A DNA stretch of 64,000 nt, taken from positions 171,213 to 235,212 of the forward strand of contig NIVC01001441.1 in assembly GCA_002269645.1 (NCBI GenBank), in the 5' to 3' direction. The DNA is from Macrostomum lignano. Its lineage: Eukaryota. Positions 53,201 through 64,000 of this stretch are shown here, piece after piece (position 1 is the first letter of the stretch; each line of letters starts with the position of its first letter). Under the pieces are notes generated by a model, which was not told the DNA's origin, ran no database searches, and saw only the letters and a list, made by a program, of their open reading frames with translations. The translations under genes and the position numbers were made by a program.

Positions 53201-55571
53201 CCAGCGTCTCCAGGTGGCTCAGCAGCTGGGACAGATCCGGTCGCTGCAGAGGATTGACCACCAGCAGGTCACGGATGACAGGCTGCAGGTGCGCATAGGT
53301 GGTGTCGTCCTGCGGCATCCGGTAGGCTGCGTTCAGAATAGCCAGCCTGGCGCCGTCTTCGAACGGGTGCTGCTGGTAGCAGAGGACATACAGCAGGCAG
53401 CCGAGCGCCCACTTGTCCATGCCGGCGTCCAGTGGCAGGTTCTGGTACAGGTCCAAGGCCTCCGGGGCCCTGTACTGCGGAGTGGTGTTCTCCGTCACCT
53501 CGTCCTGCACCGTGGCCCGCTGCCCAGCCGACCAGGATGTGTCCGGGTAGTGCAGCTTGGTGGTGCAGCTGCCAAAGTCGCACAGCTTGATGGTGTGCTG
53601 AGCGGATACGAGCAGGTTCTGCAGCTTCAAATCTCTGCCAGTGCGGGACGGGGTGGTGGCTGTGAACTGCCTAATACAAGTCTTCGCAGCTGATGAGGCC
53701 CCGCCACTCGACCACCCTTCAGTGCCCTGCCACTCCCCCACCCTTCAGTGCCCTGCCACTCCCCCACCCTTCAGTGCCCTGCCACTCCCCCACCCTTCAG
53801 TGCCCTGCCACTCACTCACTCTTCAGTGCCCTGCCACTCCCCCACCCTTCAGTGCCCTGCCACTCCCCCACCCTTCAGTGCCCTGCCACTCACTCACTCT
53901 TCAGTGCCCTGTCACTCCCCCACCCTTCAGTGCCCTGCCACTCCCCCACCCTTCAGTGCCCTGCCACTCACTCACTCTTCAGTGCCCTGTCACTCCCCCA
54001 CCCTTCAGTGCCCTGTCATCCGCCCCAGTGCTCACCTGTGCACCACAGGCGGACTCCTGGTGTGCAGGTATTCCACAGCAGCGCACGCCTGATAGAATAT
54101 CAGGGTGACCTGGTCGGGAAACAGGGGCTTCATGGGCCACCTGGCCTCCAGAATCTTGACCAGATCACCAGGGCAGAATTCTGTCACCACCAGGTACTCC
54201 GTCATGCCCTCCTTCTCTGAGGTGGCAGCAGCTACAAAGTCCACAATGTTTGGATGGCCAGACAGGCGTTTCAGCAGGGCGATCTCCTGCAGGATGGCCT
54301 TGCACTTGGACTTCTCGTTGGCCAGAAGGCGCTGTGGAAAAAAATAAAAGAGTTTAAACAGGTGCGCTCAGGTGAACAAAGATGGAGTTAGTGAGCTCAC
54401 CTTGATTGCATAATCTCGACCTGTTTTTGTCTCAGTGGCTTCAAAGACAAATGCAAATCCACCTGGATAATTGGAATATTTAAGATTGCCAAGGGTTGAA
54501 GTTTATATTTAGTATAAATAAAGATAAACAAAGATAATATAAGAATTAGACACTGTGGATAAATAAAAAACTTACTTTCTTCAGATACCCAGAAGATGCC
54601 TATTATCTAGTTAGTGTACTAATTGAAAGTAATTTAAGTTCAATGATAAAAACTATTTATGCATTTCTTAAAATCAAAATACAAATTGGCTTACAAAATA
54701 TGTATCATTTTATTTATATATAACATAATAGACCTAATAGTAGCAATATTTCAAAAGAAAACATAGAAAAAATATCTGAAATTTTTTTTACTAAAAAACA
54801 TGTCAATTTTTTAATAAATATTATGAGGAATAATATTGTATTATAAAAATTAGTGTTAAAACATCATCATATTAACTAAAAAAATAAAGAGTCCTATAAT
54901 AATAATTAATCATTCTTTTAAAGCTTTTAGTTTTTGAAAGCTTTGAATCTTTTGAAAACAAATATTACTACTTTTTGCTAATGATATTTAAATATAACAA
55001 GGATTTTAATGATTTCTATTCTTATAATAAAAAATGAGAATACTATTTATAAACAAAAAAATTGGCATTGTTGGTTATAAATACAACCTTTATATCACTT
55101 TGAGTTCTTGCAATTTGATTGGCTAAAGGTTTTGATCTACCTTAGAATGCCTTAGAATGCCTAGGCTAAGTGGAAGTCAATCATTTGTCAAATTATATTA
55201 GTTATTTTTGAACTATAAATGCAAGAGTTTTGTTATATTATGAGCATACACAAGCTTTATAAGCTTTTGACTTATTAAACTTAAGTCTTAATTGCTTTTT
55301 ATTACTTAGTCTATTTTGCAATATAGCATAATATACAATAGCATGTTTTAGTATGCTTTAAGCAACCAACATATCTGTGTATTATAATTGGTAATATATT
55401 TATGGTTATATATAATATTAATGAGAAAAAATATTTACCTTTAGCAATGAACCTTTTGATTCGAAATGATTGCTGACCAACTTCAATACACTGGTTCACA
55501 AACTCATCACATCTGTCAGCACCTCCAGTAGTATTAAAATATCGCATTGCAGAATTTAATAAAGAAGCCAT
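45323..55571 (-). CDS. GAK: Cyclin G-associated kinase / auxilin (NAK kinase + PTEN-like + C2 + clathrin-binding region + J domain), 9 exons, about 1226 aa after one frameshift correction
   Basis: Exons (minus) 55571-55439, 54462-54401, 54331-54036, 53634-53033, 52369-51954, 51373-50892, 49511-49432, 47571-46240, 45599-45323, with consistent GT-AG phases. Motifs GGFAFV, AIKRL, HRDLK, CDFGS, HCLDGK, QFHTGF, FDPF/DLLDF, and J-domain YRKACLAVHPDK...ELNDAW. One base is missing at the G4 run 51078-51081. Confidence 0.93.
45615..46225. repeat. 39-bp minisatellite, GAK intron 8
   Basis: Unit AAGTTGGCTAGTCTAGCAATCCATTATACTGCTGCATCC; fills almost the whole intron. Confidence 0.95.
47590..49404. repeat. 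23-bp minisatellite with 735-bp higher-order duplication, GAK intron 7
   Basis: Unit GGGTCAGAGGCGATTCTTGTTGT; diagnostic variant GATTTTTGAT at 47847 and 48582. Confidence 0.95.
49960..50860. repeat. 28-bp minisatellite, GAK intron 6
   Basis: Unit ACTGAGGATCTGGGAGGCTGGCTCAGCA. Confidence 0.95.
51447..51940. repeat. 18-bp minisatellite, GAK intron 5
   Basis: Unit CACTGGGGCAGACTCAAG. Confidence 0.95.
52395..52862. repeat. 18/19-bp composite minisatellite containing TTAGGG, GAK intron 4
   Basis: Units GGATTTAGGTTAGGGTGA and GGATTTACTGGGAGCCTGA. Confidence 0.92.
53712..54016. repeat. 26-bp minisatellite, GAK intron 3
   Basis: Unit CCCCCACCCTTCAGTGCCCTGCCACT. Confidence 0.95.
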
Positions 55572-56534
55572 TTTAATTCAAATTCTATGCCTAAGCCAAG
55601 GCCTAACTTGTCTAAGTTGTAAGAAGTATGAAAATATAAATAGTTAATTAGATAGAACTAGATTATTAGATTAGATTAGAATATCATATGAATTATTTCT
55701 ATCTTATTTTAGTCAAACCAAAGCCAAAGGGCAAGCACAGATTAAAATCATTAGTCAAGGTGCAATTTGATGATGTAGAAGTGAAAGGTATTTAGACGAT
55801 TAGACCTATATTAGACGATAGTGAATTCAATCACAAGATATAAGTGATAAGCGCTACTAAAACCAATACCATTTTCATAACCTTCATAGCATCAGTCATA
55901 AGGATAGCTGTTTGCGAATATTTTTAGGTGTACTTTTGACTATCTACGAAATTGACAGGGCATTTAATATTTTTGTAATAGTAATGAGAATAATTATGAA
56001 AGCACCACCAGTCTGGAAAACTGCTGCCTATATTTTTGGCCTGTCGTAGTATGAAACTGTAACGCCTCAACTAAAAATATAAACTTTTAAAACCATTATG
56101 TCAAGTTATATAGAAGTAAAAGAAGGTATAGTAACAAGAGCAATGAGATCTTTGTTAATCTAGATGAGTCGTTTTGGGTACAGATGTTACAATCTTCCTA
56201 ATGCTGGCGTATCCGGCTAAAATACATTACAGAAGCCTAAATATGTTTTGCAGTAAAAATTTTAGTGCATACTGTACATATTGATGCTTTTCAGGCTTTT
56301 GTATTTTGAATTTGAATTATTTTGAGTGTCGCAGTATTAACGGATTAATGGTTTCATGGAAAATCGATAACTCCATAAACGATAACTTTACAAGAAAGAA
56401 AATAATTGTAAGTGAAAGGTTATAGCTCGAAGACTTCAGGTTTGAAAAAGACAAAACTAAAAGCTTTTTTCTTCCAGAAATATTGGCCAGCCTTTTTGTT
56501 GCCTTCTGATAAAAGTTCAACCAACATTCATAAA
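55572..56534. promoter_or_regulatory. Putative bidirectional promoter / 5' region shared by GAK (-) and the SH3BGR-like gene (+)
   Basis: The two start codons are head-to-head 963 bp apart in an AT-rich, repeat-free segment. No specific promoter elements were identified. Confidence 0.5.
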
Positions 56535-59500
56535 ATGTCGCTGCGTATTTTTGTTTCTTCCACTTCTGGAAGTATGAAAGTAAGCATACTGTTTGCTATT
56601 TGCAATTTATCTAGTTGTAAAAATAAACCTAAAAGTTGTGACCAACATTATCTAGTCAGTACAAGCATTTAGGTATAATTCTAAATGATTACATTATAAC
56701 ATGCATTATATACTATATTTGGTTTTGCTTAAATTAGAAATTGCTTAACTATTACTTGGTAATTTAGTTTATTGACATTATACAAAAATAGCATCAGATG
56801 ATTTTGTTCTTCAGCATTATTCTTAATGCAATTTTTTATTGTTTTTAAATGCGCATGTATTTATAAATGCATTTAATTTATAATTATAGCCTATTATAAC
56901 ATTTTCATTAATATCAATATCTATTTATTTTATAAGAATTAAAATTTTAGCCTATTTTGAATCTAAAAAATCTTATCTTTAATTTCTAGATGTTTAATAA
57001 TTTTTTTAAGTTCAAAAGTGGCTAAAACAATTTGTCTTAAGTTTCCAAATTGAACTCAAAGTATATTTGTATTTTACTAAAAACCATAAAATAATATAAA
57101 AAATATAAATTAAATACAGTCATTGAAGTGCTTATAACTTATAAGACTTAATATTTATAACATATATAAAAAAATCATTTTAATATTTTGAAATTTTTTT
57201 CTGTTATAATACTCATTACAAAAATTTTCAAATAATATAAAGTCAGAGCTAGATATTTACAAAATAATAAATAAGCAAAATAGTTTAAAATTTTAAGCAT
57301 AACTGATAACTTATATATATATTTAAGTTTTACAACAGTTTGGAAAACTATTATTTATTGTTTTTATATACAAAGGCTCTAGACCTTAGGCTATATAAGT
57401 TTCTTTTCTGTGCTAAAAGTTAAAGCAGCCACACATTTGCCTTAGGCAAATTTGTTTATCGAATATTAGACAAGGAACAAGAAGTAAAACAAATTTAATT
57501 CTATAGATAAGACTATTCTATTTATCAATGTTGTCATTGCATCTGTTTTAACTTACAAAACTGCTTTTGGGAATCTTGGGAATCTATTTACTTTTGCTAT
57601 GTAGAACTGATCTATATTGATTGCCTATTTTTACATTCAATGCCCAGATCAAGGAGCAGCAGGCATATATTAAGCGAATCCTAGATGGCCTGGGCTTGGC
57701 TTATGAGGAGATTGACATATCCGATCCAAAGAATGCCGAGGCCAAGGCTGAGATGCAAGAAGCTGCCAAGACACACTCGAAATCTGTGGTGCCTCCACAC
57801 TTGCTGCGGGATAACAATTATATTGGCGTGAGTTTGGGAGAGACAGTCATTCAGGGGTAAGATAGTCATGCAGGGGTGAGACAGTCATGCAGGGGTGAGA
57901 CAGTCATGCAAGGGTGAGACAGTCATACAGGGGTGAGACAGTCATGCAGGGGTGAGACAGTCATGCAGGGGTGAGACAGTCATGCAGGGGTGAGACAGTC
58001 ATGCAGGGGTGAGACAGTCATGCAGGGGTGAGAAAGTCATTCAGGAGTGAGATAGTCATTCAGGCGTGAAACAGTCATGTATGGAAGTGTGGAACGATCT
58101 TTGGGGTGAGATAATGGTGGATGAGGGTAAGAGTGATGTGTGGATGTGAGAGGGATGTATGGGGTGAGATGGTGATGTATGGGGTGAGATGGTGATGGGA
58201 TGAGATCCTGCTGGATGGGATGAGAGGAGGTGATAGAGAAGGGGTTGCGCCTGTGAGGTAATTAGTAATGGGTAGAGGTGAAGCTGCAGAAATCAAGGTA
58301 ATCTTGAAAAAAGTTAATTGTTGGACAGCAATAATAAAGTTGCATTCAATGGCATTGGCAGGATGGGCAAGATTTCTACGACGCTGTTGAGGACGACAAT
58401 ATTGAGGTGTTCCTACAGGTGCCCGGTGCGAAAGAGGTAAACATCTGCTGTCAGTAATAGCTGCTTTTTCGATACATATCGGGACTTGGGTTAGCTGGTG
58501 TGTTATGCATCACATTTACTTATTTTCGATACATATCGGGACTTGAGTTATCTTGTGTGTTACGCATCCCATTTACATATTTTCGATACATATCGGGACT
58601 TGAGTTATCTTGTGTGTTACGCATCCCATTTACATATTTTCGATACATATCGGGACTTGATTTATCTTGTGTGTTACGCATCCCATTTACATATTTTCGA
58701 TACATATCGGGACTTGAGTTATCTTGTGTGTTACGCATCCCATTTACATATTTTCGATACATATCGGGACTTGAGTTATCTTGTGTTTTACGCATCCCAT
58801 TTACATATTTTTCGATACATATCAGGACTTGGGTTCTCTTGTGTGTTACGCATCCCATTTATATATTTTCGATACATATCGGGACTTGATTTATCTGGTG
58901 TGTTACGCATCCCATTTACATATTTTCGATACATATCGGGACTTGATTTATCTTGTGTGTTACGCATTCCATTTACATATTTTCGATACAATCGGGACTT
59001 GAGTTATCTTGTGTGCTACCCGTCTATTTTACATAACTTTCGATACATATTGGTGCTTGGGTTCTCTTGTGTGTTGTTACGCGTCAATTTTGCTTTTACA
59101 TAATTTTCGATACATATCGGCATCGAGGTAAGGAATTAAATCAGAAGTGTTACCAGACATGCACCAGCCCATACTTTACTGCCCCCTTCTCGCACCAATT
59201 TTAGAAGAAAATCGAGCCACTGGAAAAAGGAGGAAGCGACGAAAACGACACGGAAAAGGTGCCTCAGGATTGACGGAAGAGTTGGCCCTGGCCTGTCTGC
59301 TTCTGTTTGACTGTTCTGCCCAGTCTTGTGTCATAGAGTGTAGATTTCTTTTTGCTTGATTCTTCAGGTTATTTTATTGCGCTAGTAACACACACACACC
59401 GTTTTTTTTACCTGTGCTAATTTTACTAACAATCTGCTTCTGTTACGCTAAAGATTTTTACATGTTTTGCTTTACTTGTAAAATTTGCCTTTCTTGTTTC

Positions 59501-60585
59501 GCATTCCTTTGATTAAATGTTTTGCGCGAAATTTCGGACTGCACGAATCAGTGGAGGGGGGGCATGCGATAGTTGAAGTGCCACTGGACTTTGCTCTGCT
59601 GACTGACCTGCCAACCCCGGATGCATGAGCCGCGAGAGTCGCAGCAGTTATTAACTTGGATTGCATTGGACTGGTCACGCCTAAGCATGCGTTGTGCCGT
59701 GCGTTCCTTGTTGAAGGTAATTCTCTCTGTAGTTTGAATATGAGCTTTCGTATTTTTGCTCAAGCATTCCACAGCAGCGGTTCCGGATTGTAGTGCCGTT
59801 CTCTCCCTGGTTCCTTGCCTCATCTCAGGCCTGATTGTAGTGCCGTTCTCTCCCTGGTTCCTTGCCTCATCTCAGGCCTGATTGTAGTGCCGTTCTCTCC
59901 CTGGTTCCTTGCCTCATCTCAGGCCGGATTGTAGTGCCGTTCTCTCCCTGGTTCCTTGCCTCATCTCAGGCCTGATTGTAGTGCCGTTCTCTCCCTGGTT
60001 CCTTGCCTCATCTCAGGCCTGATTGTAGTGCCGTTCTCTCCCTGGTTCCTTGCCTCATCTCAGGCCTGATTTTTCCTTCTTTTTTAGAGCGAGAAAATCG
60101 AAGACCAAGAACAGAGGGGCGATAAAGAAGAGGAGGACAAAGGCGGAGACAAGGAGAAGGAAGAGAAGGAGGATGGCGACGAGGGTTCAGAGACTGGTGA
60201 GAAAAACAAAGAGTCGGATAAGAAGGACAAAGAGTCCGAAGAAAATGATGAAGAGGAGGAGAAGGATAAAGAAGCGGAAGCTGAGGATAAGGATTCTGAT
60301 AAGGTCAAAGACACCGACATGAAAGACAAAGAGTCTGATGAGAAAGACAAAGAGTCCGAGGAGAAGGACAAAGAGTCTGAGGAGAAGGACAAAGAGTCTG
60401 AGGAGAAGGACAAAGAGTCTGAGGAGAAGGACAAAGAGTCTGAGGAGAAGGACAAAGATTCTGAAGAGAAGGACAAAGAGTCTGAGGAGAAGGAAGAAGA
60501 GCCAAAAAGAAAGACCAAGAAGTCAACAGATTCGGATGAGGAGAAGGACGATAAAAAGAGCGAATCGAAGGCAGAAGACGATTGA
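56535..60585 (+). CDS. SH3BGR-family (thioredoxin/glutaredoxin-like fold) protein with long Glu/Lys/Asp-rich tail, about 265 aa
   Basis: Exons 56535-56579 (MSLRIFVSSTSGSMK|GTAAG), 57648-57827 (IKEQQAYIKRILDG..YEEIDIS...VPPHLL...YIG), 58362-58436 (DGQDFYDAVEDDNIEVFLQV), 60088-60585 (charged tail). All phase 0. The pattern matches the SH3BGR core. Confidence 0.82.
57840..58078. repeat. 19-bp minisatellite, SH3BGR-like intron 2
   Basis: Unit GACAGTCATGCAGGGGTGA. Confidence 0.93.
58465..59115. repeat. 57-bp minisatellite, SH3BGR-like intron 3
   Basis: Unit TTTTCGATACATATCGGGACTTGAGTTATCTTGTGTGTTACGCATCCCATTTACATA. Confidence 0.95.
59205..59273 (+). CDS. Candidate alternative short terminal exon of the SH3BGR-like gene (KKIEPLEKGGSDENDTEKVPQD*)
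   Basis: Pyrimidine tract plus TTTTAG acceptor at 59204, phase 0 in frame with exon 3, acidic composition. Its start (AAG AAA ATC GAG) resembles the long terminal exon (AGC GAG AAA ATC GAA). Confidence 0.45.
   Translation, partial: KKIEPLEKGGSDENDTEKVPQD
59784..60069. repeat. 47-bp minisatellite (6 copies) abutting the last SH3BGR-like acceptor
   Basis: Unit GATTGTAGTGCCGTTCTCTCCCTGGTTCCTTGCCTCATCTCAGGCCT. Confidence 0.95.
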
Positions 60586-61958
60586 TGACAGGAAATGGCA
60601 TCATCTGCGAGTATTTAATGAGCGGTTTTTACCATTTATGATGATATTTTACAATCTAAAGCCATTTACGAGGTAACAGGCAACATGTATTGCTTACTGC
60701 CCTGCTGATCTCCTATGCGTCTTATTTAGCGTCAATCTTCATTTTAACCGCTTCTGTTATTAACCTGGACTCAAATCGTTAAGTATGTGTGATATTTATT
60801 TGATTTATACCGTGTTAAGTTTTTATATATTTGGAATGACCAAAAAGGTAGGCTGATACCAACTGCTCCAGCAATAAGTACCCGATATGCATAGCTACTC
60901 CGTGTTAAGAAATATTGAATTGATTTTTATTTACTGAGCGGATTTCTGTTCAACATAGTTCACTGCGCTTCTCCACCTTTTATTGACTCGCGTTTTCTTA
61001 TTTATAAAATATAGCGTTTGCTGAAATCAACATTGTTTTAATCACTGCCTAGCTCTACCTTTACTAAACTGTACTTCATTAATTTAAGCTCGTTGACTGA
61101 CTGATTTGCTTATCATACTTTAAAACAGTCTTATTCTAAAAAAAAGTCAAATGTAAGCAAGATGTCAGCATGGCTACTTGCTGCTAGTAGACAGATTAGT
61201 GTATGCGAGTAGTTTTTTTAAATGAAATATGAATTATGACTTGAAAATTTGAATACAGTTGGTCTTTCGGTGAAATCAAATTCTCGTAATTTTCGCTCGT
61301 TGGGACCGTATGATCCGAAACTGCAAATACTCGTACATAACCGCCTAAGAGTACAAAAGCACCAGGCGTACTCAGAGTCGCAACTGTGAGCCCGCAGTCT
61401 TGCATAATTTATTACATTTGACAACCCTATCCTCCAGCGCGCAGTTGCAGTCGCGCCACCTCGATCGAACTTGAGAGGTCTTGTTCGGTGCTCTCGCGCA
61501 CAGACGGCACACCTCTCCCTGCCCTTTGAGCTTGCATATGGCTATCCGACACTCCTATTGAAGGAGTGTTCTCAGAATTGCCTTCTCGCTTCACACGCCA
61601 AGGTATAATAAAAAAGAGTTCTCAAAAGTCCTGCGTTCCACTGCTGTGTGGCAGCTCTTTTTTGAAAAAAGAATATCTATTCAGAATTGGGGTTGGAGAC
61701 TTGCACAGGAATAAATTATATTTTCCACTTACTGTCGTCTGTGCTATAGCTCCAAACCTCAGTCGGCAGCTGCAGTTGGGGCAAGGCCATGCAGCTAAAA
61801 AACTCGTACAAGGCAAGGCATAGAAATATAAAATACGAGTAATTGCTAACTCTGCGCTCAACACTCGTCTCGAAACTCTTGTCCTGAAGGGACTTTGAGA
61901 CAAGGACTCGCGTATACTGTATACTTGTATTTTCGAAAAACATAATCTGTCTTTCGAG

Positions 61959-63505
61959 ATGGAGCAGATAGCGGCTATGGTACTTCTAGTATTGCTTAAT
62001 TCTTGCCAGTTCTCTCCAGCAATCCCAGCTTCTCCTAGTAGAAGCAATTCCAAGCTGCAAGAGAAGAAATACGCGGACCCAAATAGCAACGAAACGGCCA
62101 GCGTCTTCATCATCCCCGGCACCAAATGGTGCGGCAAAGGTAATCATATTATTTCCATGCATTTTGTTGCTCGTCAGTGGCGAGGCAAGCCCGTTTCTGA
62201 GCAAGGATCTCGTGAAACATGAATCCTAGTAGCTGTTTTAAATTCCCGCAATAAAACTGCTCGGCAGGCAACGTGGCAACCAGCTATGAGAACTTGGGCA
62301 GCGAGTACGAAACAGACAAATGTTGCCGAGACCACGACACCTGCCCGCACTCCATCACCGCGCTTCAGACTCGCTATGGATTGAAAAATCCTTTTTTGAC
62401 TACACTGTCTGATTGCGAGTGCGACGTTAAGTGAGTTCAGCCTTCTCAGCTGTTGTTGCGAAACAGCACGATTCTACCTGATCTCTACCTTGTCCCTCTC
62501 CCTCTCCCTCTGTTTCTTCCGTCCCCCTCTCTGTTTCTCCTTCCCCCTCTCTGTTTCTCCTTCCCCCTCTCTGTTTCTCCTTCCCCTCTCTGTTTCTCCT
62601 TCCCCCTCTCTGTTTCTCCTTCCCCCTCTCTGTTTCTCCTTCCCCTCTCTGTTTCTCCTTCCCCTCTCTGTTTCTCCTTCCCCTCTCTGTTTCTCCTTCC
62701 CCTCTCTGTTTCTCCTTCCCCTCTCTGTTTCTCCTTCCCCTCTCTGTTTCTCCTTCCCCCTCTCTGTTTCTCCTTCCCCCCTCTGTTTCTCCTTCCCCCT
62801 CTCTGTTTCTCCTTCCCCTCTCTGTTTCTCCTTCCCCTCTCTGTTTCTCCTTCCCCCCTCTGTTTCTCCTTCCCCCTCTGTTTCTCCTTCCCCCTCTCTG
62901 TTTCTCTTCCCCCTCTCTGTTTCTCCTTCCCCCTCTCTGTTTCTTCTCCCCCTCTCTGTTTCTCCTCCCCCTCTCTGTTTCTCCTTCCCCCCTCTGTTTC
63001 TCCTCCCCCCTCCCTGTTTCTCCTTCCCCCTCTCTGTTTCTCCCCTCTCCCCCTCCCCTCAGTTTCTCCATTCTCCCATCTCGCTTGTTTCTCCCTTCGT
63101 CCTCTCTCCACCTGTGCTTCTCCCAACATTTCTCCCTCTCCCAATTAATTCATTCTTTCTCCCCCCTCTCTCGGTCTCGTTGCCGCCGCCTCTAGCAGGG
63201 CATGCAAGATTCTGAACCTTCTCTAGAACCCGCGGCCGTGGCCCCCGCAGGTTCTACTTCTGCCTGAAGCAGGCCGCCCAGATGTCCGCCACCGCCAGTT
63301 TGCCGTCAAAATGTTCTTCGAGACACTTCGAATGCCCTGCTTCCAGCTGGTCAGCCGGCCGGTGTGCCAGAGCCGGCACTTCCTGTTCGGCACCTGCCAG
63401 GGTGGTGTGAAAAACCGGACGGTGGCCGAGCTGCGCCGGCTGCCGTTTTTCACGGACGACCTGGCCAGGGCTGTGGCCGGCGGCCATCTGAGGTTCCGGA
63501 CGTGA
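61959..63505 (+). CDS. Group III (bee-venom-type) secreted phospholipase A2, 3 exons, about 199 aa after one frameshift correction
   Basis: Exons 61959-62139 (hydrophobic leader; IIPGTKWCGKG calcium loop), 62268-62430 (GN..TDKCCRDHDTCP catalytic His-Asp; YGLKN; CECD), 63251-63505 (FYFCLK...MFFETLRMPCF...C...C). One base is missing at about 63296-63298. Confidence 0.88.
62500..63060. repeat. 19-20-bp pyrimidine-rich minisatellite, PLA2 intron 2
   Basis: Unit CTCTCTGTTTCTCCTTCCC. Confidence 0.95.
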
Positions 63506-63589
63506 CGATTGTAAATAAAAGCAGAGATATCGCATCAAAACCGGAACTGACAATAGAAGAGACGATTCAATCATTCTCGAACCGGAAGT

Positions 63590-64000
63590 GGTCCCACAGT
63601 CCTGCAGAAGGGAATCAGATTGGATGTCCTAAGAATGAGGAACCTGGTGCCCCACAGTCCTGCAGAAGGGAATCAGATTGGATGTCCTAAGAAATGAGGA
63701 ACCGGGTGCCCCACAGTCCTGCAGAAGGGAATCAGATTGGATATCCTAAGAAATGAGGAACCTGATGTGGTGCCGCAGTCCTGCAAAGAGAATTAGCTTG
63801 GATTCTAAGAAATGAGGAACCGGGATGCCCCACAATCCTGCAGAAGGGAATCAGATTGGATATCCTAAGAAATGAGGAACCTGATGTGGTGCCGCAGTCC
63901 TGCAAGAGAATTAGCTTGGATATTCTAAGAAATGAGGAACCGGATGCCCCACAGTCCTGCAGAAGAGAATTAGCCTTGGATATTCTAAGAAATGAGGAAC
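63590..64000. repeat. About 60-bp tandem repeat running off the window end
   Basis: Unit about CACAGTCCTGCAGAAGGGAATCAGATTGGATGTCCTAAGAAATGAGGAACCGGGTGCC. Confidence 0.92.

Noticed and set aside
58465-60069. 57-bp and 47-bp repeats as possible CRISPR arrays
   Set aside because: The units are directly adjacent with no unique spacers, there are no cas genes, and the context is a eukaryotic intron.
61196-61943. Short minus-strand ORFs between the SH3BGR-like gene and PLA2
   Set aside because: No recognisable motifs or splice chain; partly antisense to the PLA2 5' region.

Overview
AT/GC-mosaic metazoan genomic DNA with spliceosomal GT-AG introns. GC-rich exons and introns packed with private minisatellites suggest a free-living flatworm such as Macrostomum (inference, not verified). 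Six intron-containing genes can be assembled by hand: PP1-beta-like phosphatase (+, 1911-11745); a Hillarin/KY-like pseudo-transglutaminase with a long disordered N-terminus (-, 14374-23868); a two-exon ETS factor (-, 30769-32010); GAK/auxilin (-, 45323-55571); an SH3BGR-family protein with a charged repeat tail, head-to-head with GAK (+, 56535-60585); and a group III secreted phospholipase A2 (+, 61959-63505). Mobile DNA: a probable non-autonomous Helitron in PP1 intron 1, a decayed piggyBac, a 697-bp MITE with an 8-bp TSD, a Penelope-like 3' end with a hammerhead-ribozyme-like motif, and a possible LINE remnant. Nearly 30 tandem-repeat arrays account for most long ORFs in the supplied track. 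Four single-base deletions break otherwise intact GC-rich exons in three genes, most likely long-read indel errors. No CRISPR, rRNA or convincing tRNA was seen.
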